Shown: positions 13,633 to 27,879 of the stretch, one piece after another
Layout: the number at the start of each line of letters is the position of its first letter
Position numbering within the stretch: the first letter of the stretch is position 1
Assembly (NCBI GenBank): GCA_973851085.1
Contig: OZ316776.1
Location: forward strand, 372,001 to 436,000
Length of the DNA: 64,000 nucleotides
Direction: 5' to 3'
Source: Ptychomitrium polyphyllum
Lineage: Eukaryota
Made by a program: the position numbers and the translations under genes
Notes under the pieces: model-generated
Database searches by the model: none
Seen by the model: only the letters and a program-made list of their open reading frames with translations
What the model was told of the DNA's origin: nothing

Positions 13633-15680
13633 ATGGAGCTTCCCGTGATAGATTTGGGCCCGTTTCTGAAGTGGAGGGCGGCGCAGAACTGCGAGAGCGA
13701 GCTGCCGGTGAGCTTCTCGGTTGGGCATGTGGAGAATGGCGGCGTGGAGGAGGAATCAAGGGAAGTGGGGTCAGAGTTGGGGAAGCATGGTGCGCTGTTG
13801 CGTGAGAGTTGTGCGGCGGTCGCTGCTTGTTTGCGGGAGACTGGAGCGCTCGTCATTCGGGACCCCCGTTGCTCGCCTGCGGATAATGACCGGTTCTTGG
13901 ACATGATGGAGCGGTACTTTGGCCAGAGTGCGGACTTGAAGCGCAAGCAGGAGCGGTCTGAATTGCACTATCAGGTATGATTCACATTTTGTATCACCGT
14001 CGAGGAAGCTAGTACGATTTTTGTAAAAATTTCTGAATAATGTTTTTGTTAAAACCGAAATGGAATTGATGTTAATTGGGGTGCATACCTCCCGCCTATG
14101 TCAATAATTGATGACTGTGAGGAAATTGTATTCTGATGAAGGTAGGAGTAACCCCAGAAGGTGTTGAGGTGCCTCGATGTTCAATGGATCCGAAGTTGCA
14201 GAAACTCATGCGCAGCCTGCCTCCGAGTTCGCGCCCACGTATGCCAGTTGGCCCTGATCGAAAATGGAGATACATGTGGCGCATCGGTCCCCGCCCTGCT
14301 AAGACTCGCTTTCAGGTTGTCTGTTGTTTTTAAGGTTTTGTTACTGTGTCTATGTCAGATTTTAATTTCAAAACTGCATTATATGATGGTGATGAGGAAA
14401 GTCTATTTGGTCTGCGTGATGAATTGTTTCCAGTATGTTGACTCTTTGTAGCTTTGGTTTGTGTTGTTCAGGAATTAAATGCGGAGCCTGTTATACCTGA
14501 GAGCTTTCCTGAATGGCTGGATGTTATGAATGGCTGGGGTCTCAAGATGATCGCTGCTGTTGAGGTATTGGTACTTCATTCTATCTTCGTTTTCTAGGAG
14601 ACGCATGTCATGTGCCTCTGCTTTAGGTTACCTGTATGTTTCTAACGTTTGAATATCCCCTGGTTGTAGGTTGTCGCAGAGATGGCTGCTCTTGGCTTTG
14701 GCCTTCCGAAGCTAGCATTCACTTCCTTGATGAAACACGTAAGTTAATTTGACTATTTCAGGGGTTTTCGACAATGATTCACTATGATCGTTACTTCAAC
14801 ATGATTCAAATGAAATTAATATCGTCCTGGGTGTTTTACAGGGACCTCATTTACTAGCTCCAACCGGAAGTGACCTGTCCAAGTATGGTGATTTGAATAC
14901 TGTTTTTGCTGGTTACCATTATGATCTCAATTTTCTTACTATTCATGGCCGCAGCCGGTTTCCTGGTCTTTTTATCTGGCTCAAAGATGGACGTAAGATT
15001 CCAGTCAAAGTTCCAGAAGGGTGTCTTCTACTTCAAGCTGGCAAGCAGGTCAGTTGTTTACATGCTTTTAGGAGTCTACATTGGTTGGTACCGGTACCAT
15101 GTGCAGTGTTAAGTTTAGAGATCTTATTTGTTACTTATAATTCAGTGATTCGTTGCTACAGCGACTACAGTTAGTTTAGGTCATTATGAAAAGTACCTTC
15201 TGGGATCTAGTGATAACGAAAGCTAAATTGAGCTTGCTATTGTACGTTGTACTATTTGTTTCAGCCATTGTTGTGGATCAGTTGGAGTGGTTGACAGGTG
15301 GTGAATGTGCAGCGGGCATGCATGAGGTAGTTGTCAGTGAGAGTACTCTAAAAGCTGTTGACGCTTCACGCAAAGCTGGCAGGAGTTTGTGGAGGGTGTC
15401 TTCAACAGTAAGTGTTTATAATCCCATTCAATTCTCTGGTTTAATCTAGATCACCATGTTACTGTTTAGATACGATGTTTAGAGAACAGGGCTGAACATT
15501 CAAATGTTGCGCCGGTGGTTGGTTCAGATGTTTGCTCACATTGCTTCAGACGCAGTATTAAAACCACTTGGTCACTTCGCAAAGTCAGCTGCATCCTGCA
15601 ATTATCCTCCAATTTGTGCTGGCGATCACGTGGAGGCGGAGCTCTCGGCAATCAAACTAAAAAGCAGCAGACCGTACTAG
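13633..15680 (+). CDS. 2-oxoglutarate/Fe(II)-dependent oxygenase-like protein (isopenicillin N synthase-like fold)
   Basis: MELPVIDL start; exons include VGVTPEGVEVPRC, ELNAEPVIPE, GPHLLAPTGSDL..GYHYDLNFLTIHGRSRFPGL (HxD), GMHEVVV (distal His) and WRVSST; last exon ends ...SSRPY* at 15680. Confidence 0.88.
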
Positions 15681-16232
15681 AACAATTGACTACAACGTCC
15701 ATTGAGAAGTATGAGTTGGGTCGAACTTGTTTGAAACGTATAAGAAGGCACCAAGGCCTTGGGCTCTGCTTCTTGGAGAAAGCATTGTAGGTCAAACTTC
15801 TGGTAGGTGAAGGGCTTAGGCAATCCCTGTCAAGTAGGTGATTGCAGCATACTAGTCTTTGCCAGTTTAGTCTGTACCATGGTTAGGGAATTGCAGTGGG
15901 TAGGTATTCTCTTACTGTCTTGCTGTCGTGTATAGTAACCTCAACTTATGGGATGAAGCTATTTGAAATCTTTGTCGGATTGCGTACTTATTGAAATTTA
16001 AGATCATGGCACTGCAATGGTCTTCAGAGTTGCCGGCTAATGCATGCCTGAAACCCATGTTTTTCACTGCTCTTAATATTTGATCATATTTCATCTCATA
16101 CCTTCACTACTCATGTGTGTTGAAAGAATCCCTTTTTGTGATGCATTCTTCTGATAGATTGCCAAATTCTCACCTTATTATAGCTATATAATATATTATT
16201 ATATATTATAACTAATTTCCATCCTAAGAGGG

Positions 16233-16233
<1 letters not shown>

Positions 16234-16278
<45 letters not shown>
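16234..16278. repeat. (AT)n microsatellite
   Basis: Uninterrupted AT run. Confidence 0.95.
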
Positions 16279-16281
<3 letters not shown>

Positions 16282-18400
16282 CTTCTGTGAGGAATGTGTC
16301 TGCACTCAGTTTGAATCTGGCCTGTAGGCAAGCATACAATTCCACAAAAAAACAATTCTCTAGATCTAACTAAGTTACAGTAATATCCAGTTTATTGCCC
16401 TCTTTCTATTGTAGTTTCACAGACCTCAGCAACTCCTACATTAGTTGAACTTAAGGGCTTTTCATTTTGAGGCCAAAATGACATGAAACATCAAGGTCAT
16501 ATATGTCATGGTGATGAAGGGATTAGTGGCATTTCCGTATCAAAATGACATTAAGTTGGAGGAGAGAGGAGAGTGGCATTTGGACCTCAAATTGTCACAT
16601 GTCAACCTTACCTTCACATCATTTGGATGGGAATGTTACATCAAAATCTATGTCCCTAAGATTAGTAGGGAATCTCTCAATGAATTTGTTTATGCCTATC
16701 CACCATTGGCATCATAGAAATTTCTCAATGATTGGCAACAATTGAAATTCAGCAGCACCTTGGTAAATTCCCAATATTGGGATACTTTGCATATTTATTG
16801 ATAAATGTACATCAACAATCTCTCCGTGTGACATGTTAGAATCATATCACCCTCTAATAACCCCTTCATGTACCCTCTCAAAAACCAACAACTCCATCAT
16901 TCAAAAGTACAATTCTTTCATAGTACACTTTTTCTAGTGAAGATTGAGGGAGTTTATGCATTAAGGCACCAAACTAGATCCATGTACTCATGCATTCCCT
17001 GCCATATGCCATCACAATCATTTGTTAAAAATTATAATGGTAAAGCAAAACAAGAAACAAAGTTGAAATAGCATAGTATTTAATTAATTAAAACTTATGA
17101 TGCATTATCAATCTTGAATTTGTAAAAAGACCAAATTGTAATTTGATACAATTTTCACCCAAGGTTGTAAATTCCTTTAAAAGTTTTAATAACCAATTCA
17201 TTAATTTGTGAAAAATAGCTTTAAATAAGTCCAATATTTCTTCAAATGAAGTATGAAAAGGCTCGGAATGCTAAATTTGTCTCAATGTACATGCATCCAA
17301 TTATCAACATATTCAAATACTTTAAGAGAGTGACCATTTAAAACTTCATTATAGTTACTCAATGGATGCCCATTAAATGGAAGTTTTTCAATAATATTTT
17401 ATTATAAATCATTATGTGACTATAAATACAATGTATTTCTGTCACTTGTGATGATACTAATATTTTACAACTCTTATCTTTGCTACATTGTAAAATTTCT
17501 TATGTCATAAAAAAAATTATTTTGATAATTTCCATTGAAAGTCAAAATTTGCAACAAAAGCTTGATTAATTTTGTCATTATGAGGTTTAATCAACATGTT
17601 AAATGCTTTGAGGGCCTTCTAAATTATGTTGTAATTATGCAACCAATCCATCTTAATTTTGAATTCATAAATGATACTTTAGGATTTCTTTTTAAAAATA
17701 ATCCACAATTCGTATTGATTTTCATCCCCTTAATACAATTAATGAAATTGCAAAAATCAACATATTTGATTTCATTAAAAATTACAACTTATTATCTTCT
17801 AATAAAATCCCAATTATTCCATAGTATACATTACAATAGTAGCTTGAAAATTGTTTAGATGTAAAAGATTACCAAGTTTTAATATCCTTTGTCCATCATT
17901 GCACATATTCATTGGACCATTAGAATTGCAAATCCAACAATAAAATCTCCAATTTGAAGATTTTTAAAGCCTATTTACATCCTTATTGTGGTTTTATCTT
18001 CTATATCCACATCCAAGTGATGTGTGCATAGAAGAGCTTGCAACTAAGTGATAGGCATGGAAGAACTTAGTATACCCACCATTTGCATACTTCTTCTTTA
18101 TTTCCAACAGATCAAAATTCCACATGTTTCTAAATGATAACCAAATATATAAACAAGTAAATTTGACTTCTAGTGAAATGAAATGGAATGAGTTGCATTT
18201 ACAAAATTTTAAACAACAAAATAGCTTTCTTACTTTATTTGTAAAACTTGAATATATATTATAATATTAGAACTTTTTCTTCTTCTTAGAAGTTTCTATT
18301 ATACTTAATCCTTATATCATTGGTGAAAATATGTTGTAGGCAAATCAAAATTCAAGAATGATGATAATAAAATGCAACAATATTAATAAATAATGATTAG

Positions 18401-18489
18401 AATGATTAGATTGTAAAGATATGATGTGGAATTATGGTATATTGATAAATAATGATTAGGCTGTAAAGATATGATGTGGAATTATGGTA
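18401..18489. repeat. Direct duplication with 50-nt period in AT-rich decayed DNA
   Basis: aatgattag..tgtaaagatatgatgtggaattatggta at 18401 and 18451. Confidence 0.85.
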
Positions 18490-19832
18490 CAAGCATGTTG
18501 GCAATTGACATTGTTCCAATTAAACCTTGTAGCACACACAAATATATATTTTACAAACTATAACATCTTTAGTGAAATGGCTCTAAATTATGGTTTTATA
18601 TTTTGACAATGGTTGAATGCAATACAAAGGTTACTTTTAGGCTTAACTAATGTCTAAATTATATGGCAAGTGCATGAAGATCTCAGATAGTTTGAAGAAC
18701 AATACATATATTCAATGTTGTATAGTTAACATTAATGCATGGACATGTAATAAGGAATAGCAATCCATAAGAGGAGGTATAAGGTTTGCAATTAAGTTAG
18801 TAAGAATTAAGCCACCATTGCCACCCATATTGCGAGAGAATTTGGATTCAATGTTAGACTTGAATGATCCAAGGATTTGGTCTTAAATGACCCGAATATT
18901 TTCAGAAAAGCCATGCCTATGAGAGTGAAAGCCAATGATTCACAAAAGACAACTAAATAGAGTCTAAACGCGCTTGTTTGGGTGGAGAGCTGAAATTTCA
19001 TAAATGTTGCTTAAATTTTCTAAATATGGCAAAGACTTTTTGTGGGCAACAGGAAAAGGTGCAAGTGTAAGGCAGCCCTTACTTGCATACTTTCAGTAGA
19101 ACCGTAGTTGATTCTTTGTTGACGAAGCACCCCTTTTGTTACTTATCGCTCGGTACTGTTGTTGAATTTCAATATAGGACCTGGAGGCTAAGAGGCCTAT
19201 CATATATTCGTTTCCATGTATGACTTGTGTAATGCAAGAAAGAACTTGTGCAAGTGACGTTTGACAACGCTAGCGGTACAGTAATTGAGGAGTTCACAAC
19301 TAACTATAATAAAAATTCTATGCGGTCACAACCAGAAATTGCTCAGTGATTCTGATCCCGAATGGTTCTAATTCCCACAATAGTCCTGGATTTCTTAGCG
19401 CTGGTGCGTTCCGTCAGCAGGAAGCGGTAAATGCAGAAGTTAATCAGAAGAGCAAAAACAACTAACATACTTTGGTCATATGATACCGACTTGAAGTTAC
19501 ATATACCTGTAAATACATGCAGCCACCAGCATTCTGGTGCTTCCAGAACTTGTACAGATATTTTTAGAGCATTATCCTTTGCATGTGAGAAAACTGCTTC
19601 CAGATTTCTTCACTTGATCTGCCACTTATAGTATAGCGATCAAACAAGGTTCAGAAAATATGAAAGATATAGGGATCAAACAAGTGATTGCCCACAAAAC
19701 AAGAAAAAGAAAACCCTACAGCTACTCTGTACTTGGGGCTGCTGAAGTTCACAGCAGAGCCATCCTACCCGTCTCTACTATGCTCAACATCTGGCTAACA
19801 TCCTATTTCCCTGAAGAGAACCTCAGCTCACC

Positions 19833-22452
19833 TTAACCCCCTTCATGAAATAATTGGGCACCACTCCCAACATGTTCCCACTGTTCATATATGCCCACCT
19901 GAGGCAAAGGAGCAGAGCCTCTGTCCGATCGATCGCCTGCAGATGTTGGCAAAGAGGCATCTCTGTCGTTTGTGAGGTAGGCCCCTGTGTCTAATTCACC
20001 TGAAACCTCTGGAGGTTGATGAGTACTTCCGGATGGGCTCTCTGATGGAGCCAGGGTTCCAGTGCCTTGCACCTGTGCAGGCAAAGGTGAATTTGCGTTG
20101 TTTGCAGGCAGAAAAGTTTGAGTGTTGAAGACACCCTGAAGAGATTGTTGTGAGTAGACTTGTTGACTAAGCGGGGCTTGAGTGAACGACCCTCCACCCT
20201 GACGAGGAGAAAAGGTAGCACCTGAAGCAAATTCGGACTGATTGGAGTGGAAAGCCCCATTACCGCTTCCCTGAGCTTGCCCTGGTTGAATGAATGGTCC
20301 TGCTGGTTGTGGAACCCCTGAGACTTGTTGAGTCTCTAAGGGTCCAGTTTGAGGTTGGCCTGCTCTATCTTCTAATCGAGTCCGCTTAGGGGCACCCTGA
20401 ACTGGCAAACCGTCAGGCAAAGGCGGGCTTGTGAACGTGTCATATGCATACTGGTTCTGTGAAGGCTGCTGTGAGGTGATGATGGCCGCCTGAGCAAGTC
20501 CTAAGCTGCTACTTGAGACAGGCACAGTCGCAACACTATTGGAAATAGGGGTCTCGATTTTTGGAACAGCGGTTAATGGCAGTGTCGGATTCGCATCGGC
20601 TCCCGAACCAACCTGACCTTGCGTCGCGTCTGCTGCCGTGGGGGCCTCAGTGTCAGTTGCACCCGGACGATTATTAAGAGCACCAAACCTTTGTTGTTCT
20701 TCGATAATCTTTTGCAAGTATTTCCCTTGTGCCTCTATTCGTAGCTGTAAATGGCGTTGCACCTATCACAAGGAGTTAAAGGTGTCAACTTTATTCATTG
20801 GGTAATGTGATGGCAAAAGTAATTCAACATCTGCCACGTTTGCTAAACTTCAGCTCACTATAAAATAAGGGAGCATCACACAGTGCAGATGCTGTGACAC
20901 AACATGCATACGAGGTCAGCAACAAACCTCAAGCTGCTCATGCAGGCGCTTCTGTACTTCCATCTGCATGCGCAAAGCCTCGGTAATTTGGATCCCCCTG
21001 GAGGAGCAGAAGAGTTAATGACTATCCATTTAGACATGGTCTGATAACAGTATACTTGTACAACAACGCCCGTTCATGCTGCATAAAATGCCCGGACTTG
21101 ATAAAACCAGAGGACATTTAGAGCAAGAACTTACGAGGTTGCATCCAAAGTCGGAAGCAGATCTGCTGAGTTTTTCTTCTTATCTGGCTTCCCTCCTCCT
21201 GTTCAAGTCGATTACAGGCTCATTTGTCAAGAACCATGAAGACAAATTCACACAACCAGAATGTGCTTCGGGCCATAGCACACGAAGCTGAAATAATGGC
21301 CTCCAGAAAGAGGGGCAGATTGCTAACAGTCAATACTTCCTGGGCCTATTCCATCAATCATACAGCTCCGTTTCAACGAGTATTACACAGATGGAGAACA
21401 AGGCAATTGTTGTAGCAGACAATGACTTCTGGAGTAAAGCAACTCACCATCTGACAAGGACTCAGGAATATACTTTGCCAGACGGTACTTCTGCGTAACA
21501 GAAATATATACAATGTTAGCAGATCTCACAACATTAAGGAATTAATTCTTGGCAGCGTCATTATATTTGCTTCTTAAAACGAAATACAAATACACAAGTT
21601 TTTCATACGTTTCTAAAATAAACAATACAACAACTCAAAAAAAGGCGGGGGCCATAGTTACCTGCAGGTGACTCTTAACGTGGTAAATAGTAAGACCTTG
21701 GACGCCCATGACCCTCAAGACACCTTTCGGAGTAGCCCCTGTTACATGTTCAAAGCATGTGATTCACATTTCCAGAATAACCAGAAGCACCTTCAGATTC
21801 TAAAGGAATATAAAGGTAGACACATCGCAGAAAGAAAAAGCAGCCATTCAAGTCATCTGACGAATATGATAGTTCTGATAACTAGCACACCTGGTCAGCC
21901 TAAAATTTCAAAACGTACCACACCAACGTTAGTGGCTAAAGCAGACTAGGAGCAGGTTGTGTCTAGAATACTACAATGCCTACCACTCGCCAGATAGGTC
22001 CAGTGCATTCTGTTAAACAGGATTCTGGGTCTGCTACAAATAGATGGCCCTCTGCCTCTTCACGGCATGAGCAGAGCAGACACATAATAACAATTGAGTC
22101 CAAAGTCAACTGATAACAAAATATTTTAGCATAATCACGACATTGCAAACCGAGCGACTTGTCTTTCCCGCCTGCGCACTGAGGGCAGGAAAGATTGTTC
22201 GCTAAAGAGGGAAGGAAGCTTACGATCAGGGCCGCCCAACTGAGTCACGGCATCCACAAAACGATCATGGAGCTCAGGTGTCCAGCGTAATCGCTGCTTC
22301 GCTGCTGAGCCACCACCTCCAGAGCCTCCACCTGGACTGCCAGCCGAATTGGTGGAGGCTCCAGCTGCACTTGACCCTCGAGGCTCTGGTGCCTGACTTG
22401 CAGACCTCTGTGGCATTAAGCTGGTTGTAGAAAACTTCTTGGTCTGATACAT
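19833..22452 (-). CDS. PHR1-like MYB-CC (GARP) transcription factor, PHL7-like
   Basis: Exons ~22223-22452 ([25 protein letters not shown]), ~21662-21739 ([25 protein letters not shown]), ~21448-21491 (KYRLAKY), ~21134-21198, ~20928-20997 ([17 protein letters not shown]) and 19833-20762 ([16 protein letters not shown] plus long low-complexity tail). A possible upstream in-frame exon lies at 22571-22616. Confidence 0.95.
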
Positions 22453-23695
22453 GTCTGCAGAGACACCAACAATATTCTGCTGAGAAAATGAAGTGCACAA
22501 GCTCCTGTAACATACGCACAACTTCTTGGCCGGTGGAATAAAAGGCCACGAAGGGACAGAATAACAATACCTTCCATTTCAAACAAATCTAACTCCAACT
22601 CTATTATAGGCATATCCTAACACCAACATTATCGCGCCACTGAGCATTGACACAGTTTGATCAAATTTCTTTTGACCAGTCCAGCCACGCTACGAAACTA
22701 ACGTTCTGATTGGACCTGCAACACTGGATTTGAAAACTTTTTCTAGAACCAAATCATTTTGGATTTAGTTTTACTACGGTAGCCAGCGTAGATTGAGTGT
22801 TCACCCAAAGGCACTATTCCACCACGAAGTACACTGGGGTAATTCAAGCCGTGACAACCACAATTACGATACTCTCAAGAGAAGAGCAGGACCAACCTCC
22901 CCCGATTGTCTTCACTTAGCACAAACGTGTAGCATATGCAACGGCAAAATGTGCACCAAGAAACCCTGTTGAACCAATGAGGGGCTCGAGAAGAAGCAAC
23001 AAGTCTCCAAGAAAAAAGTCCTGGCGCCTCCACCTGAAAAGAACGACCCCTAACACTCACAACCACTTACTCCATAATCACATCTTAAACGCATTCTCCA
23101 TGGCCTGAACAACGCCCCTCCACGCCAGTGAAACCCTCTGCAGCTCGGCCCACTCTCCCGAGCTCAAACGCCCCGTTCTCTCAAATCCAACCACAACCCA
23201 CCTTCCATACCCCACCCAACAGCCAAAAATGCACTTCACCAGCCCTCAAGCGCGCGCATTCTCGTCCATCCCACAACCCCTAATCCCCGCCACAACGAGC
23301 CCTCTCAAACCCGAAGGATCCACATCCGCACTCCCCACGACCGCCACCTGAACCCACGTCTCGGACCTCGAAATTCTAGCTGCTACTGCATTCCCCTCGC
23401 CACCACCCAAACCCTAGAAGACGAAACACCACAAAACCACCCGCTCTCCCGGACGTCCCACGCAAATCTCTACGGCCTGGTTTCTCGCAGGCTCGATGAC
23501 GACATGATGGTGGCGATGATTGCTCCGACGCGGGCCCAGCACCGCCACCCCCAACAATCTCCTTTCACCGGCTTCTTTATGATATCCAAACACCAGCAAC
23601 GCCGTCTCGCCTCCAATCTGTCGTCTCCTCACACTCGCAATGACCACTTCATCGTCAAACCCACCAACCTCTCTCTACCGCTCCCTCCCCCCCCC

Positions 23696-23698
<3 letters not shown>

Positions 23699-23753
<55 letters not shown>

Positions 23754-23775
23754 CGTCTCTGCGTATGTGTCAGCG

Positions 23776-23807
<32 letters not shown>
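23699..23807. repeat. (CT)n/(GA)n tracts at the likely TSS/leader region of the MYB-CC gene
   Basis: Two CT runs, ~23699-23747 and ~23779-23807. Confidence 0.9.
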
Positions 23808-23811
<4 letters not shown>

Positions 23812-26800
23812 GTGAACAGTGTGATCTTCCCCCTTCCTCCCGATTTCCAATGTCGGAGCTCAGTCCAAGCTTCGCCTCAGCCCCACCTGTGACTTCATCG
23901 CCCACCCACCTACCCAAGGCTGGGCCGGACCTGCCTCCTCGACTAGGTCCGGCGCCCGCAATGTCCTTGCTGCGCACATTTACTGCCATTCTTGTTACCG
24001 CGCCAGTCATAAAGACGAAAATGACTCTTTCAAATGCAGGGCTTTTATAAATAGTCATCGCCATCGGATTGGTTAGATGATGTTTCGCAGGGTGCAGAGT
24101 ACTGCTGCTGCATCCAATAATTTTTTAATAACTGCTTCTCTGTTATGGGGCGTGTTGGACTTTTGCCCGTCCCATGAGTAGTGTGCCAGGACGCAATCAC
24201 ACCCCCCTCGCCCTTCAGCCTCTCGCATGTCAACCGGCGTTGCATGAATGACCTCTGATGCGAGCCATGATGGTTGTGGCGTCAAATTTTTATGGCTCCT
24301 AGTTATGGCTCCTTCAATACTAGTGAGCCTTCCTGCTGAGTCAATCGGTGCTGGGTGAGGCTCTGGTTTAGGTTTGGTGATGAGGCTTGGTAAGGTCTGG
24401 TTTGTTTTTGTAAGCAGCGCCAGTGACCACACGATATTTCTGCTTCACCGTTCTCTGTTTGTAGGCTCACTTGGCCCAACGCGGTGGTCGAACCGTCAAC
24501 GGATTCTTACTTTGTCTCATTGGCAAAGATCTGGGAGCCTCCGGTTAACATTTCCATACTGAAAAGGTCAGAAATACTCTATGACAATCAGTATTGAGAG
24601 AATCCCGTTTGATGTAGAGTTTTCATTGATTCGCAATTTCGCACCTCATACGTGGCTCTCAGCTCTTGAGTTCCCTGGAGGTCGTATGTAGGTACGTAAC
24701 TGGATCTATATTTATTTGCCATCTAGATCAGAGCAGATTTCTTACTGCGTGTGATAGCGATACAGGGCATCAGCAGTCGTACAGCTTGAGCAATGGAGCA
24801 GATTGCGCAGGAGCTGCAAGTACACCGACATTGTCGTCATCTTAAAGGTAGATGCTATTGGATGGCGCTTGGACGAGTTGTTGACAACCATGGTTTCCAC
24901 CAATCCTTCAAAGGGTCGTAGTCTACAGACACAAACCTGGGTGCGATGCCTGGAGAACACTTGCGCCCCTTGCTTATAATAGGTTACCAACAAAAGCAAG
25001 CGTCACAGATATCCGCGAGTCACTGCACAGGACAGGTCGGGACGATTCCCGTGTGTGCCTTCCGTGTAGGAGGGTGCACCCTACACACGTGATTCATGGA
25101 AAATCGCTAGTTTTACCTGTGAAACTGGATAAACATACCAATCGTTAAAACAGATTCTTTTTGTGGACTAACACAAGAAAAACGAATCCAGTGTCTCGTC
25201 GCAGAAGTAGTGATTTGCAGAATTTGTAAGATGTGTGTCACTCGCAAATTATGTTGTAAATCGATACTCCAACTGCAAGTACTTGCCTAGTATAGCTTAG
25301 ACAGTACCACATACAACCTAAACTATTTAGCACTTCCTGCAGCTTCAGTCAATTTCAGGAGTTATCTACTACTTTATAGTACAAACCAACTATTTCTTAC
25401 ACTGAAAAGGACATCTACTCTAAACCAAAAGCTCGAAGTCAAATGAAAACTCACGTTTCTAATATCCCAGCACATAAGTTAACTCCGATTATGGAGTGCA
25501 TTTCAGCAGATAACTCAGAAGATGCAGGTAACGTGCTTTTCTTTTACTGGATGTTTGTATCTGTTCACAGAAGCTGCTTCAATTTAGCAGATGCCATAGA
25601 ATATTCTGATTGAATTGAATACTACCAGAATATACTAAGATCCTGCAGCATCAGCGAACTAGACTTACGTTGCACTGAACAAAGTCTCTCAGAATAGTGA
25701 CGTGCTGGAAATTAACCAGAACTACGCATATGCAAGGCAACAAAAGGGGAGGGGATCCAACACTAACGACTGGCTTTCGGCCCCTACTCTATTCTCTTTT
25801 GTTCTTTACCACAATGGAGTAGAGTCCATGGGCATGAGAGCACAGCCATAGAGGCACCACCAGTGACCAGTAGTATAGTAGGTACAGATCCGGAAGATAC
25901 ACAAACGCAGCAGAAACAGCATGGCCATGGGGCAATATACCTCTAGAACAATTACGGAGGAACCGTTACCTTCATTAGCCTCCCACGCCATCATCAAAAC
26001 GTAGTTACTAATTCTGCACATAATCAAACACTAAGGATCTTCGTAATCACTTACACAACTACTATGCTGTGTGGTTGATTGCGCTTCATCACACAAAGAC
26101 CAGAAATAAAAAAACTATGCTCGTTCCAAACATTCAGACTAACACCGTAACTCATCAAGGGTAAGTAGTTGATACAACAGCGTGAACAGAAGTCAAGAAG
26201 ATGATTCCATGGCGCTCTTAATGTTTGTTGCAATTGTACCAGCATGTTACCAAAGACACCTGTCATTGCAGCCACAAGAACCACGAATCAAAATTTCATA
26301 ATCTGCTATTAATGAGTGGTTCTTGAAACACAAGAACGCAAACAAAAATTTACAGAGATAGAGTCATTCACAAGCTAAAACTTGCACAAAATCAAATTTA
26401 AGCGTACTGCAACTCTCGACCTCAACCAACTCGTGTACAGACAATACATCAAAATAGTACAACATCCAGAATAGCCTGCTAAAACCAGCTGCAATAGTTA
26501 TTCAGTTGGGCCTCAACATCAACAACTAACTCTATCAGGGGTTCGTGATCAGCCTTCGAATCTCGCATGAACATACCTGTTAAAGACGATGAGGTCTCTT
26601 TATAGTGCCAAAGATCTGCACAGAACATTCACTTCGTGTTATAGACATAAAGCAAAAATTCTGTGATACTGCACCTCAGACTGCTCTGACATCCAACATA
26701 TTATCATAATGCAACTACTGCTAAACCCGAAACCCAACCTAATGACCTGCACACCATTGTAAATATAAAGGCCCTCCATCTTAAACCAGACCGAGATGGA

Positions 26801-27879
26801 CATGACCATCCCACCAGAGGCAAAATCACTCAAACGGCAATGTATCAAAGAGGGGCAATAACCTTGGCTTTGTTTCACGCATCACTGATCGTAGATTAAT
26901 GTCAGTTAGATAATATTAAAGAAATATTAGCAGAAAGTACCTTAGAGACGTGACGTCAATTTTTTCAGCAAATGCTAAGTCAGATGCACGAGTCAGAGGA
27001 TCATCAGCTTCACTTGATCAAACTTCAAAATAAACAAATAAATCTAATCCACCCAATCGCAACTGGTGAATGATGCATCGAGCCATCCTAATTCCTCGAT
27101 AGTTAGTGTCAACAAGCGGAATATACTGAAACGCCATACCTTAGTGGAATACCACCCACCACTCACGCATTGAACTTTAACATGACATGACTTCCTCACA
27201 GACAATTTCTGGAAATCAAAATGCAAAGGAGAATCTCCAGTGCCAGCATACACATTAGAACCATGAAATGTTGCAACCTAAACCTTCTTTGTTGAGGACA
27301 CAAATAATCATAATCCAACATTCTTACTATAAAAGTACTAAGCAGCATCCCTCTTTAGGGCATGTGGCTGTCAAGAACATCGTAACACAAATGAACACCT
27401 CTATAAAGTCAAGTTCGACAATACGTGTAGTCTCAACTACCCTAATCTCAAGTCAGTGGAGATATAAATACTCAATATGAACCCTCAATACTCGGTTGTC
27501 AATGTCCAGACACTAAGCAAGCCTCAAAAATTCAGAGCCATCTAAGAAAACTGGGCCACGGTAGCTCCCTGACATCTGCACACACTAGTCACTGTCTACA
27601 TCTACGCCACCTCTAAGTGGTGGACAATTACACATCTAACAAACAGGAGGAGAGACCACAGGGTCGATCCTTCAATAAGGACGTTAATAGTAGTTAACTG
27701 CACCTTCTTGATAGTCAAGCACCGCCGCAGTTTGACATGATTCATTGGTCAGTATCGCTCAATCCATTCGATATCACCTCAGAAAGCATCCTCGAGAAAT
27801 AGTTCCAAAAAATTCTTGTCATAGATATTTTCCAGGATGGTACTGGGATCCACGAAAATAAAGGCGCCTTCAAACCAAA

